Part shown: one piece after another, positions 46,067-54,256 of the stretch
Position numbering within the stretch: the first letter of the stretch is position 1
Layout of the letters: each line of letters starts with the position of its first letter
From: a bacterium
GTDB lineage: Bacteria; Lernaellota; Lernaellaia; JACKCT01
Reading direction: 5' to 3'
NCBI GenBank assembly: GCA_963674685.2
Contig: CAXXWT010000005.1
Span: 595,450 to 659,449, forward strand
DNA length: 64,000 nucleotides
The notes under the pieces: model-generated
Told to the model about the DNA's origin: nothing
Database searches by the model: none
What the model saw: only the letters and a program-made list of their open reading frames with translations
Program-made: the position numbers and the translations under genes

Positions 46067-47466
46067 GGCAAAAGCTCCTTAAATTCACGCCAGTCGCTTA
46101 TCACGCGGGCGGCGCCCGCGGCGTGCATTTCACTTTTTATGTTTTCGAAATTTTTCTTTGATTCGGCAAAGCCCAGGGGCAAAGCGCCGGCCCGGCGCGC
46201 GGCGGCGACGCCGCCGGCGAAATCGGCGATCACCCAGTTTCGCTTTGGCGCATTTGATTCAAGAACCGAATCGAGTTGCGCGCCTTTTTCATCGATGACG
46301 TTGACTAAATATCGTCGCGATAAACTATCAATCACATCCTGATTAATATTCGATTCGATGACTTTAATAATGATGCTTTCCGGTCGGCATATCGTTTCGA
46401 GCGCCCGCGTCAGGCGCTGAAAACTTTCCTCGTCGCCCGGGCACGTGATGCGTATTCCGGAATCGAATCCTTCCTGCTTTGGGAAATAGCGCACGGCAAT
46501 GCCGAAACCCGCCATGGCGTCGAGCATCCAAAGCGGATCATGAAAACGGGCGTAAACGAAATTCGCGTGAGAATTCGTCGGCCGCGCGCCAAGATCACGC
46601 AGAAAGTCATGTAATCGCTTTCGCTCTTCACGGGCGCGGGCCACATAGCTGTCCACGTACTCACCGCCTTCGGCAAGACCTTTTTGCGCCAGCGCCAGCG
46701 ATGCGCTGGAAACGGGAAACGGCAATCCGCCGCGCCGCAAAGGCTCGATCAAATGCGCGGGGCCGGCAAGATACCCCACACGCAGGCCCGCCATTCCCCA
46801 CGCCTTGGAGAAGGTGAATATGGCGACAGCGTTGGGCAGGCTTAAAACATTTGCCGTCAAATCCTTATCCGCAAAATGCGCATAGGCCAGATCCACCAGC
46901 AAAAGCGCATGCGGCGCCGCCAGACTCATTCGTCGCAAATCCTCGGGCGTCGCGATGCATCCCGTGGGATTGTTCGGCGAGGTCACGACGATGATTCCCG
47001 TGTCGTCATTGACGGCGGCCAGAACGTCATCCGTGGGAAAATCATCTCCCGGCCAGGGCACATTGACCACGCACCCTTCGGCCAGCTTCGCAAAGTAAGC
47101 GAACATCTCGAAATAAGGCCGGGGCAATATCATTTCCCGGCGCGCGTGCAGATAGACGCGGCAGCAGCGCATGATCGCGTCGTCGCCGCCGGCAGTAATG
47201 AGAATCTGCTCAGGATCGACGCCTAAATGTTTTGCGATCATCCGCTCCAAAGGCCGGGCGCTGGTATAGCGGTTCAGATGCTCGGCGTGGGCGTCGCCGA
47301 AAACCTCGAAAACGGACGCCGGCGGCGCCAGTCCCTCATTGGCGTCGAGCTTCAAATCCGTCGGCGCGGCGCCTTTGGGCGGCGCATACTCCCGCAGGCC
47401 CTCCATAAACGCCGCCGGGCGTGGTTTGGGTCCACTACTTTGCGTCATGCTTTGACCCCCATTCAC
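46063..47466 (-). CDS. hisC: histidinol-phosphate aminotransferase with a ~100-aa C-terminal HAD-like remnant
   Basis: Class II aminotransferase motifs are present (LDANEG, TSPNNPTG, FSKAWGMAGLRVGY). The extra C-terminal segment reads WVIADFAGGVAAARRAGALPLGF...AGAARVISDWREFKELL. Confidence 0.85.
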   Translation of the reverse strand: MNGGQSMTQSSGPKPRPAAFMEGLREYAPPKGAAPTDLKLDANEGLAPPASVFEVFGDAHAEHLNRYTSARPLERMIAKHLGVDPEQILITAGGDDAIMRCCRVYLHARREMILPRPYFEMFAYFAKLAEGCVVNVPWPGDDFPTDDVLAAVNDDTGIIVVTSPNNPTGCIATPEDLRRMSLAAPHALLLVDLAYAHFADKDLTANVLSLPNAVAIFTFSKAWGMAGLRVGYLAGPAHLIEPLRRGGLPFPVSSASLALAQKGLAEGGEYVDSYVARAREERKRLHDFLRDLGARPTNSHANFVYARFHDPLWMLDAMAGFGIAVRYFPKQEGFDSGIRITCPGDEESFQRLTRALETICRPESIIIKVIESNINQDVIDSLSRRYLVNVIDEKGAQLDSVLESNAPKRNWVIADFAGGVAAARRAGALPLGFAESKKNFENIKSEMHAAGAARVISDWREFKELLP

Positions 47467-48338
47467 GAAACGAGCTGATCCGGCGCGGTCACCACGATGT
47501 CGGCGCCGCCCCGGGCCTTGATCCTCGGGATCAGAAAAGGCAATTCATCCCTCGGCACGGCGGCCTTCACCGCGTACGCGTCCTCGCCGAAAAGCGGCGC
47601 AACGGTGGGCTTTTTCATGCACGGCAGAAGCTTCACCAGTTGATCCAGCTTATCCGCCGGAACATTGACCTCGATCATGACGCGCTTTCTGGCGTTAAGG
47701 ACCGATTCCATAAGCAGGACGAATCGCTCGATGGCTTTTTTCTTCTCCCGGTTTTTCAGGGCTTTCGGATTGGCGTAAAAACGCGTGGAGGAATGCATCA
47801 GCACATCCACGATCTCCAGGCGCGCGGCCTTAAGCGTGGTCCCGGTGGCGGTATTGTCGATGATGCAATCCGCGTCTTCCGGCGGGAAAACCTCCGTGGC
47901 CCCGTAGGAACGCACGAACGAGGCTTTCATCTTCCGTTTTTTAATCCAGGCTTTGGCGAGCTTTTCATATTCCGAAGCCACCACCAGGCGGCGCTTGGGG
48001 AGCTTGCCGTCTTTGAGAAATTCCGCGTGCGCCGCCGCCACGACGCGCACCGGATCGAGCTGCGTATCCAGCAGTTCGACCAGGTCGGCTCCGAGTTCCG
48101 CCACCCAATCCGCCCCTGCGAATCCGATGTCCCGGGAACCGAGATGCAACATCTCGACGATGTTTTGAGGTTTCAGGATTTTCGTTTCGAATCCGGGAAG
48201 GCAGACCCGCGGCCTGTAATCCCGCTGAACCCAGTCGGTCCGAATCCCCGCATCGGCCAGCAAGTTGGTCACGCCCTTCGCCATGCGGCCTTTCGGCAAT
48301 GCCAGGCGAAGCGTCGCTGAATTGTTTTTCCCGAACAT
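47463..48338 (-). CDS. hisG: ATP phosphoribosyltransferase (long form with a regulatory domain)
   Basis: Motifs are LRLALPKGRM, DIGFAGADWV and DNTATGTTLKA, plus a C-terminal HisG_C-like ~75 aa. The RBS is AAAGGGGAATCAAATG. Confidence 0.9.
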   Translation of the reverse strand: MFGKNNSATLRLALPKGRMAKGVTNLLADAGIRTDWVQRDYRPRVCLPGFETKILKPQNIVEMLHLGSRDIGFAGADWVAELGADLVELLDTQLDPVRVVAAAHAEFLKDGKLPKRRLVVASEYEKLAKAWIKKRKMKASFVRSYGATEVFPPEDADCIIDNTATGTTLKAARLEIVDVLMHSSTRFYANPKALKNREKKKAIERFVLLMESVLNARKRVMIEVNVPADKLDQLVKLLPCMKKPTVAPLFGEDAYAVKAAVPRDELPFLIPRIKARGGADIVVTAPDQLVS

Positions 48339-48360
48339 TTGATTCCCCTTTTTAAAAACG

Positions 48361-48390
48361 CAATAAAAAACCGGCTTTTTAAGCCGGCGT
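48361..48390 (-). terminator. intrinsic terminator of the his attenuator
   Basis: The minus-strand RNA reads CCGGCUU-AAA-AAGCCGG followed by UUUUUUAUU. It lies ~25 nt upstream of the hisG start. Confidence 0.7.
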
Positions 48391-48422
48391 TTTGGTTTTT
48401 GCTTGACGATCAGGCTACACCA

Positions 48423-48470
48423 TCATCCGGCCCTTTCATTGGGCGAATGGTGATGGTTATGTCGCGTCAT
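48423..48470 (-). CDS. histidine-rich leader peptide of the his operon (MTRHNHHHSPNERAG)
   Basis: The ORF reads ATG ACG CGA CAT AAC CAT CAC CAT TCG CCC AAT GAA AGG GCC GGA TGA, giving 4 His codons in 15. An in-frame ATG at 48479 would add MIR. The His-codon stretch (ACCAUCA) can pair with the downstream UGAUGGU. AAGGGCCGG at the ORF end can pair with the terminator's left arm. Confidence 0.55.
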   Translation of the reverse strand: MTRHNHHHSPNERAG

Positions 48471-48485
48471 ACGAATCATGAGCAA

Positions 48486-48514
48486 AATCTATGGCTTTCG
48501 TAATATTTTGTCAA
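48486..48514 (-). promoter_or_regulatory. candidate sigma70-type promoter of the his leader
   Basis: On the minus strand, TTGACA (48514-48509) is followed by a 17-nt spacer and TAGATT (48491-48486). The leader ATGs lie just downstream. Confidence 0.4.
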
Positions 48515-48667
48515 TCTGAAAGCGGGTTTTTCAATTCTCCGCGATCCGGGCTTACGCTTTGAGCGCTCCGATGGTTCATTTCAAGGTTGATAAATTCATT
48601 CCCATCAGATATTAGGTCAAATGTCACGTTTCTTTATAAATTTCCTTGAATTTAACGAGGAACTCAG

Positions 48668-49666
48668 TTGAAAAAAATTGTCATTACGGGAAGCGCCGGA
48701 TTTATCGGATTTCATCTTGCCAAAAGATTTCTGGATGAAGGGCGCGAGGTCGTCGGCCTCGATAATTTCAACGATTACTATCCGAAAGAGATCAAAAAGC
48801 AGCGCGACGCGATTTTGCGCGAAAATCCTCGTTTCATCTCACGACACGTCGATATCGCCGACACCGCTTCAATTGAAAAAGTTTTCAAGGAATTCGAGGT
48901 CGATCTCATCGTCAATCTCGCGGCGCAGGCCGGCGTCCGCTACGCGCGGATCAACCCCATGGCTTACGTGCGGTCCAACCAGGTGGGATTTGCCAATATT
49001 CTCGAAATGGCGCGCCATCACGGCGTCAAACGAATTTTATATGCCTCGTCATCTTCGGTCTACGCCGGCGTCAAGGAGACGCCCTTTCGCGAGGATCAGC
49101 CCGTGGACCGGCCTATCAGCCTTTACGGCGCCACGAAGAAATCCAATGAACTGGCCGCGCACTGCTACACGCATCTATACGGCATACAGACCATCGGCCT
49201 GCGTTTTTTTACGGTTTACGGTCCATGGGGAAGGCCGGATATGGCCATGTGGATTTTTGCGGAAAAGATGCTGGCGGGCGAGCCCATACCGGTTTTCAAT
49301 TACGGCGACATGCGCCGGGATTTCACGTACATCGACGACATTGTGGACGGGGTGGCCCGGCTGTCTTTCGCCGAAGGGCTTAAACCCTATGAGATTATGA
49401 ACATCGGCAATCACCGAAGCGAAAAGCTCATGGACCTCATCGACCTGATCGCAAAAGGCCTGGGCGTGGACGTGAAATGCAACATGCTTCCCATGATGCC
49501 CGACGACGTTCCGGCGACCTATGCTTCCATCGAGCGGATCAACAAGGCCTGCGGCTTCGAGCCCAGAACCACGATCTCAGAAGGCGTCCCCAAATTTTTG
49601 GAATGGTACCGGGCTCATCCCGATCTGGCCGAAATCGTAAAAAACTGGCGGGACAAGTCAAAGTAA
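48668..49666 (+). CDS. NAD-dependent epimerase, UDP-glucuronate 4-epimerase-like
   Basis: TTG start after GAGGA. Motifs are ITGSAGFIGFHL, GLDNFNDYY, YGATKKSNE and RFFTVYGPWGRPDMA. Confidence 0.8.
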   Translation: MKKIVITGSAGFIGFHLAKRFLDEGREVVGLDNFNDYYPKEIKKQRDAILRENPRFISRHVDIADTASIEKVFKEFEVDLIVNLAAQAGVRYARINPMAYVRSNQVGFANILEMARHHGVKRILYASSSSVYAGVKETPFREDQPVDRPISLYGATKKSNELAAHCYTHLYGIQTIGLRFFTVYGPWGRPDMAMWIFAEKMLAGEPIPVFNYGDMRRDFTYIDDIVDGVARLSFAEGLKPYEIMNIGNHRSEKLMDLIDLIAKGLGVDVKCNMLPMMPDDVPATYASIERINKACGFEPRTTISEGVPKFLEWYRAHPDLAEIVKNWRDKSK

Positions 49667-49697
49667 ATCAAGGCTGTGCTCGGGGAAGAAGAAACCT

Positions 49698-49757
49698 CTC
49701 CTGCACAGCCGGGGGCGGCTGTGCCACACACGATCTGCCCGGGCGAAATATTTCACC
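49698..49757. repeat. dispersed hairpin repeat, copy B (CACAGCC-N-GGCTGTGCCACAC...AAATATTTCA)
   Basis: Copy B aligns with 16335-16392. The stem is cacagccg/cggctgtg. It runs directly into the 14-mer array. Confidence 0.7.
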
Positions 49758-49826
49758 TTTCACCTTGCCCCTTTCACCTTGCCCCTTTCACCTTGCCCCT
49801 TTCACCTTGCCCCTTCACCTTGCCCC
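49751..49826. repeat. tandem array of a 14-bp unit TTTCACCTTGCCCC (two 7-bp half-units), 4 perfect copies plus a 13-mer and a leading half-unit
   Basis: Units lie at 49758-71, 49772-85, 49786-99 and 49800-13, with a 13-mer at 49814-26. The array ends on the first base of the cysC stop codon. On the minus strand it reads (GGGGCAAGGTGAAA)n. Confidence 0.9.
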
Positions 49827-50428
49827 TATATATAACCCAGGTCTTTCAAGCGTTTCTTGATCTTCGCTTCTTCTTCCTCGCTGTACTGCGCGCCGTCCAG
49901 CTTTTCGAGATAACCGAGAATTTCCAGAGTCTGAATGATCCTGTCATGGCTTTGCTCGGGAGTTTCATTCGCCGTATCCACGCGAATTTCCGCGTCTTCC
50001 GGCGGTTCATAGGGATCACTGACGCCGGTGAAGTTTTTGATTTCGCCCGCCAGGGCTTTTTTGTACAGGCCCTTGGGATCGCGTTCTTTTAGAACATCAA
50101 TAGGGCAGTCCACGAAAACCTCCACGAATCGCCCGATCAATTTGCGGTTTTGATCCCGGATGGCTTTGTAAGGACTGATGGCCGCGGCGACGGCGATCAC
50201 ACCGTTTCGCGTCAGCAGATTGCAGACGTATCCGATCCGCAAAATGTTGATGTCCCGGTCTTCCTTGGAAAAAGAAAGGCCTTTGCTAAGGTTGGTGCGC
50301 ACTTCGTCCCCGTCGAGGACTTCGACGTTCAGCCCGCGCTCTAACAACGTTTCCTCGACCATTTCCGACAGCGTCGATTTTCCCGATCCCGATAATCCCG
50401 TGAACCATAAAGTAAATCCTTTTCTCAT
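49826..50428 (-). CDS. cysC: adenylyl-sulfate (APS) kinase with a ~25-aa C-terminal extension
   Basis: Motifs are [24 protein letters not shown] and FVEVFVDCP. The extension reads [23 protein letters not shown]. Confidence 0.9.
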   Translation of the reverse strand: MRKGFTLWFTGLSGSGKSTLSEMVEETLLERGLNVEVLDGDEVRTNLSKGLSFSKEDRDINILRIGYVCNLLTRNGVIAVAAAISPYKAIRDQNRKLIGRFVEVFVDCPIDVLKERDPKGLYKKALAGEIKNFTGVSDPYEPPEDAEIRVDTANETPEQSHDRIIQTLEILGYLEKLDGAQYSEEEEAKIKKRLKDLGYI

Positions 50429-50438
50429 CGCTTAACTC

Positions 50439-51830
50439 CTATTGATTCTTTTCAATGATGGATGTTCCGATCATGTCCTCGGGCACGTCCAGATCAAAAT
50501 AGTCGAGGATGGTCGGGGCAATGTCGTAAATCGAATATTTATCGCACTTCGTCGTCTTCTGGCCTTCGGGAAGGCTCAGGATGAAAATGCCGTTGTAATC
50601 GTGGTTGGCGTCGTCGGGGCCGGTGTCGTTTTCAAAGATATGAATTTCCCCGGTTCCGATCTGCGCGGCGCTGCGCCAATTGAGATCGCCGAAATAAACG
50701 ATCAGATCCGGCGCGACGTTTTTCACTTCCCTGTACAGATTCTCCGGGCGATGCACGACGGTGCCGATGTTCTCGCCCTTCTCGTCGACGATTCCCTCAA
50801 AGTCTTTTTGAAGCTGATCCCGGAATGCGTCATAATCATCGGATTCGATCACGCCCTGCGGCTCGCGGCCTTTGACGTTGATAAAAATGCGGCTGTAATA
50901 ACCGCCTTCGCCCCAGACTTTGGTTCGCGACCAGTCGATCATGTCGTTTTTCAATCGTCCCGGCTCTTTGGGCTCTTCCTTCAAGACCAGGTAGCCTTTT
51001 TGGATCAGCCACTCGTTGATGCAGATGGCGCCGACCATGGATTTCGCGCCGTGATCCGACACGACCATGACCGCGGTTTCGTCATCCAGAACCGCCAGCA
51101 GTTCACCGATTCGCTCGTCGAGGTATTTGTAGTAATCCCGGATGGCGTATCGATACTTGGAATCGGATTCGTGCAGGCGGTGGTTTTTCGCGTGGTAGCG
51201 CCAGAAGCCGTGATGGATGCGGTCCACGCCCATTTCCACCATCATGTAAAACTCGTGCTCGCCCTTTTTCAGCGCATCGAGAAAAACCTTGAAGCGCCGC
51301 TCGGTCATCTCGTAAATCTGATCGAGCAGCCAATCCTTGTCATTGGTGCGAAATTTCCGCACGTCGATCACGTAATCGCCCCCGGCGGCCTTGTCGATCA
51401 GCGCGGCGGCTTCCGGCGGGGACGTCCATTGCACGTCCTTGCTCGGCGCCAGGAAACTGCTGACCAGCACGCCGCGCAGTGGTTTCGGCGGGTAGGTCTG
51501 CGGCACGCCGAGAATGAAGCTGGAAAGGCGCTTGCGTGACAGATAATTCCAAACGCGTTTTTCTTTCACGTAATCGTTGTTGGCGAAAAACAGGTCGTCG
51601 TAGCCGTGATCGGCGCGGTTGCGGAATCCGTAAAAGCCGAGCTGCCCCGGGTCCTTGCTCGTCATCATGGCGGTCCACGCCGGAACCGTGATGGGAGGAT
51701 CGGTGCTGCGCAGAGGCGCGTAATGCCCCCGGTCCATCAGGCTCTTCAAATTCGGGAGGATCGACGCGAATTCATCGAACACCAGCGTCGGTTCGGCGCA
51801 ATCCAGACCGATAACGACCATTTTTTTCAT
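50439..51830 (-). CDS. alkaline-phosphatase-superfamily protein, type I phosphodiesterase/nucleotide pyrophosphatase-like (paralogue A, no signal peptide)
   Basis: Motifs are VVIGLDCAEP, PPITVPAWTAMMTSKDPGQLGFYGF, DRIHH and VVSDHGA. Confidence 0.75.
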   Translation of the reverse strand: MKKMVVIGLDCAEPTLVFDEFASILPNLKSLMDRGHYAPLRSTDPPITVPAWTAMMTSKDPGQLGFYGFRNRADHGYDDLFFANNDYVKEKRVWNYLSRKRLSSFILGVPQTYPPKPLRGVLVSSFLAPSKDVQWTSPPEAAALIDKAAGGDYVIDVRKFRTNDKDWLLDQIYEMTERRFKVFLDALKKGEHEFYMMVEMGVDRIHHGFWRYHAKNHRLHESDSKYRYAIRDYYKYLDERIGELLAVLDDETAVMVVSDHGAKSMVGAICINEWLIQKGYLVLKEEPKEPGRLKNDMIDWSRTKVWGEGGYYSRIFINVKGREPQGVIESDDYDAFRDQLQKDFEGIVDEKGENIGTVVHRPENLYREVKNVAPDLIVYFGDLNWRSAAQIGTGEIHIFENDTGPDDANHDYNGIFILSLPEGQKTTKCDKYSIYDIAPTILDYFDLDVPEDMIGTSIIEKNQ

Positions 51831-51885
51831 AATTCACTCCCTTGATTTAATGACAGTCGAAAATGTTGAATTTTGCAAAAAGCGT

Positions 51886-51992
51886 GTCATTCCGACCGGA
51901 GCGAAGCGTAGTGGAGGAATCCCTTCAAGAAAAACGAACCGGTTGCTTAAAGGGATTCCTCGACTCGCCCTGACGGGCTCGCTCGGAATGAC
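51886..51992. repeat. GTCATTCCGA...GGAATCCC palindromic repeat between the RHH gene and AP paralogue A
   Basis: The left arm gtcattccgaccggagcgaagcgtagtggaggaatccctt (51886-51925) faces the right arm aagggattcctcgactcgccctgacgggctcgctcggaatgac (51950-51992). Confidence 0.8.
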
Positions 51993-52034
51993 ATTGCGTT
52001 GGTCTTTCAATCGGTGCATTTATCGACAGCCTCT

Positions 52035-52259
52035 TTACAGATACCCGAGATTTTTCAGCCGCTTCTTGATGGCGGCGATCTCCTCAGCGGTCAATTCCTC
52101 GGCGGCTTTATCACTTCGCCCTTCGCTCATTTTCTCGCTCACCAGGTCACGCAGAACGTAAACGATGAACTCCGTCGGGCTGGAAAAGCCCGAATCCCCT
52201 ACGATCACGCGGATTTTATCATAAAGTTCGCGCGGGATTTTGATCGTCACTTTGCTCAT
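52035..52259 (-). CDS. small ribbon-helix-helix (CopG/Arc-like) protein with an acidic linker and a KKRLKNLGYL tail
   Basis: MSKVTIKIPRELYDKIRVIVGDSGFSSPTEFIVYVLRDLV fits a beta-alpha-alpha RHH. The tail reads AEEIAAIKKRLKNLGYL. Confidence 0.6.
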   Translation of the reverse strand: MSKVTIKIPRELYDKIRVIVGDSGFSSPTEFIVYVLRDLVSEKMSEGRSDKAAEELTAEEIAAIKKRLKNLGYL

Positions 52260-52361
52260 AAAGCACTCCTATAAGGCTCCAGATAGGCTCTGATTGGAGT
52301 GTACGCTTCGATAAATGCCTTGTCAACGCGAAAAAAGGAGGAAGGAGAAAATATGATGGAG

Positions 52362-52691
52362 GAAGGAAGAAGGAGGAATTCGGAATAGAGCCCGCCAGGG
52401 CGGCATAATTCAGCCCATCAGGGTGACAGAACAGAGCCGCGCACGAAGCCGCGCCGCCAGGCGCGGCGAGAGTAAGCGGGTAAATAGCAGCCCTGCGAAA
52501 GCGTCGGACTCAAGTCGTGATTCAATTCAGCACGTAAAGGCGACGCAATTCAGCCTGAAGGGCGTTATAATATCAGCCCCGGGCGTCAGCGCAGGGGATA
52601 AAGGGATTCCTGGGCATCAACTTTGCGCTGATGGGGCAACCCCCATGCAAACGGGCACAGGAGTCCGCCCTTTATTCCTCCTTCTTCCTTC
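52362..52691. repeat. inverted-repeat-bounded GC-hairpin-rich element in the divergent intergenic region
   Basis: A perfect 18-bp IR is present: gaaggaagaaggaggaat (52362-52379) faces attcctccttcttccttc (52674-52691). The interior contains several GC stems, e.g. gccgcgcc-gcca-ggcgcggc and agcccgcca..ggcggc, the latter also found at 18195-18216. Confidence 0.75.
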
Positions 52692-52694
52692 ATA

Positions 52695-52738
52695 TTTCAT
52701 CCTTTCATCTTGCCCCTTTCGCCTTGCCCCTTTCCCCT
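52695..52738. repeat. degenerate copy of the TTTCACCTTGCCCC array ~30 bp upstream of AP paralogue B
   Basis: The sequence reads tttcatcc tttcatcttgcccc tttcgccttgcccc tttcccct. Confidence 0.75.
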
Positions 52739-52769
52739 TAAACAATTATCCTGACAAATCTTCGATCTC

Positions 52770-54083
52770 ATGGAGATGAACATGGGAATTTTTTCGCGAA
52801 AGAAAACCAAGGCGATGGTGGTCGGGCTGGACGGCGTTCCGCATACGCTGCTCACCGACCTGATGGAAAAGGGCGTGATGCCCAACATGAAAAAGATCAC
52901 CGCGGCGGGCAATCTGCGCCAGATGGAAGTCACTGTGCCGGAAATATCGGCGGTGAGCTGGCCCAGCTTCATGACCGGCGTCGATCCGGGAACTCACGGC
53001 ATCTTCGGCTTTTCCGAACTGCGTCCCAACACATACGACATGTTTTTTCCCTGCTACAGCGACTTAAAAGCGCCGGCGATCTGGGACACGTTGGAAAAGG
53101 ACGGCAAGCGCTCCGTGGTTTTGAATCAGCCCGGCACGTACCCCGCCCGCCGCATAAACGGCGCGCTGGTTTCCGGATTCGTGGCCATCGAACTTCACAA
53201 GGCGGTTTTTCCGGCCAAATACATCGGAAAACTGCGCCGCCTCGATTACGAAATCGACATCGACACAAGCCGCGCCCGCGACAATCATAAATTCGCCATG
53301 CAGGATCTGGAGCGCACGCTGGAAGGACGCGTCAAGGCGGCGCAGCTTCTATTGGAGCAGGAGCAGTGGGACTTTTTCGAGGTCGTGGTGACCGGCACGG
53401 ACAGGCTGCATCATTATTTATGGCACGCGCTGGTCGATGAGAACCACGAGTTGCATGAAAAAGCGATCGATTATTACCGTAGCGTCGATAAATTCGTCGG
53501 GCAAATGGCCGACGCCTACGCACGGGCCGCAAAAGACGATTCCTTGGGCGGCTTTTTCATGCTCAGCGACCACGGATTCTGCGCTTTGGAAAAGGAAGTC
53601 GCCCTGACGCGCTACCTGGTCGAAACCGGTCTGATGGCTTTCGAGACCGACGCGCCGGAGCAACTGGGCCAAATCAGCGAATCCTCGAAGGTGCTGGTCA
53701 TGGACCCGAACCGCATCTACGTTCATCGAAAAGACAAATTTCCCAAAGGCGGCGTCGACGCGGCGGATGTCCCCAAGGTGATTGAAGACACGAAAGCCGC
53801 TCTTGAAGAACTTACGTACGACGGCAAGAAGCTGGTGCGCCGGCTCTTCGACCGGGAGGAAGCTTTCCACGGCCCGCTGGCCGGCCAGGGGCCCGACCTT
53901 GTGGCCGTGTCCATCGATGGATTCGACTTCAAAGGCGGCGTGGACCGCTCCGAGGTTTTCGGACATTTCGGCCTGTCGGGTATGCACAATCAATATGACG
54001 CTTTTTTGTGGACCACGAAATCCGTGAACGAGATTCCGCAAATCACGCAAGCGGCGGGGCTGATTCTCGATCATTTACGTTAA
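52770..54083 (+). CDS. alkaline-phosphatase-superfamily protein, type I phosphodiesterase/nucleotide pyrophosphatase-like (paralogue B, cytoplasmic)
   Basis: Motifs are MVVGLDGVPH, VPEISAVSWPSFMTGVDPGTHGIFGF, TDRLHH and MLSDHGF. The start is ambiguous among ATGs at 52770, 52776 and 52782. Confidence 0.75.
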   Translation: MEMNMGIFSRKKTKAMVVGLDGVPHTLLTDLMEKGVMPNMKKITAAGNLRQMEVTVPEISAVSWPSFMTGVDPGTHGIFGFSELRPNTYDMFFPCYSDLKAPAIWDTLEKDGKRSVVLNQPGTYPARRINGALVSGFVAIELHKAVFPAKYIGKLRRLDYEIDIDTSRARDNHKFAMQDLERTLEGRVKAAQLLLEQEQWDFFEVVVTGTDRLHHYLWHALVDENHELHEKAIDYYRSVDKFVGQMADAYARAAKDDSLGGFFMLSDHGFCALEKEVALTRYLVETGLMAFETDAPEQLGQISESSKVLVMDPNRIYVHRKDKFPKGGVDAADVPKVIEDTKAALEELTYDGKKLVRRLFDREEAFHGPLAGQGPDLVAVSIDGFDFKGGVDRSEVFGHFGLSGMHNQYDAFLWTTKSVNEIPQITQAAGLILDHLR

Positions 54084-54256
54084 GTTCCATGCATAAACTG
54101 ACATTTCAATTCGCCACAGCCGCGAAATGACCCCATCTTTCCTTTGAGGCAATAAGTTTGCCTGCTTGTTATCGGCCCAGGGTAATCATAGCTTGCTTGA
54201 TACCGCCGTACCGAAAGAGTATTGTCTGTTTCGTCGCAATATTGGCGAGGCTTTTT

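Noticed and set aside
49751-49826. The 14-bp tandem array considered as a CRISPR-like array.
   Set aside because: The units are contiguous with no spacers, the unit is far too short, and no cas genes are present in the window.
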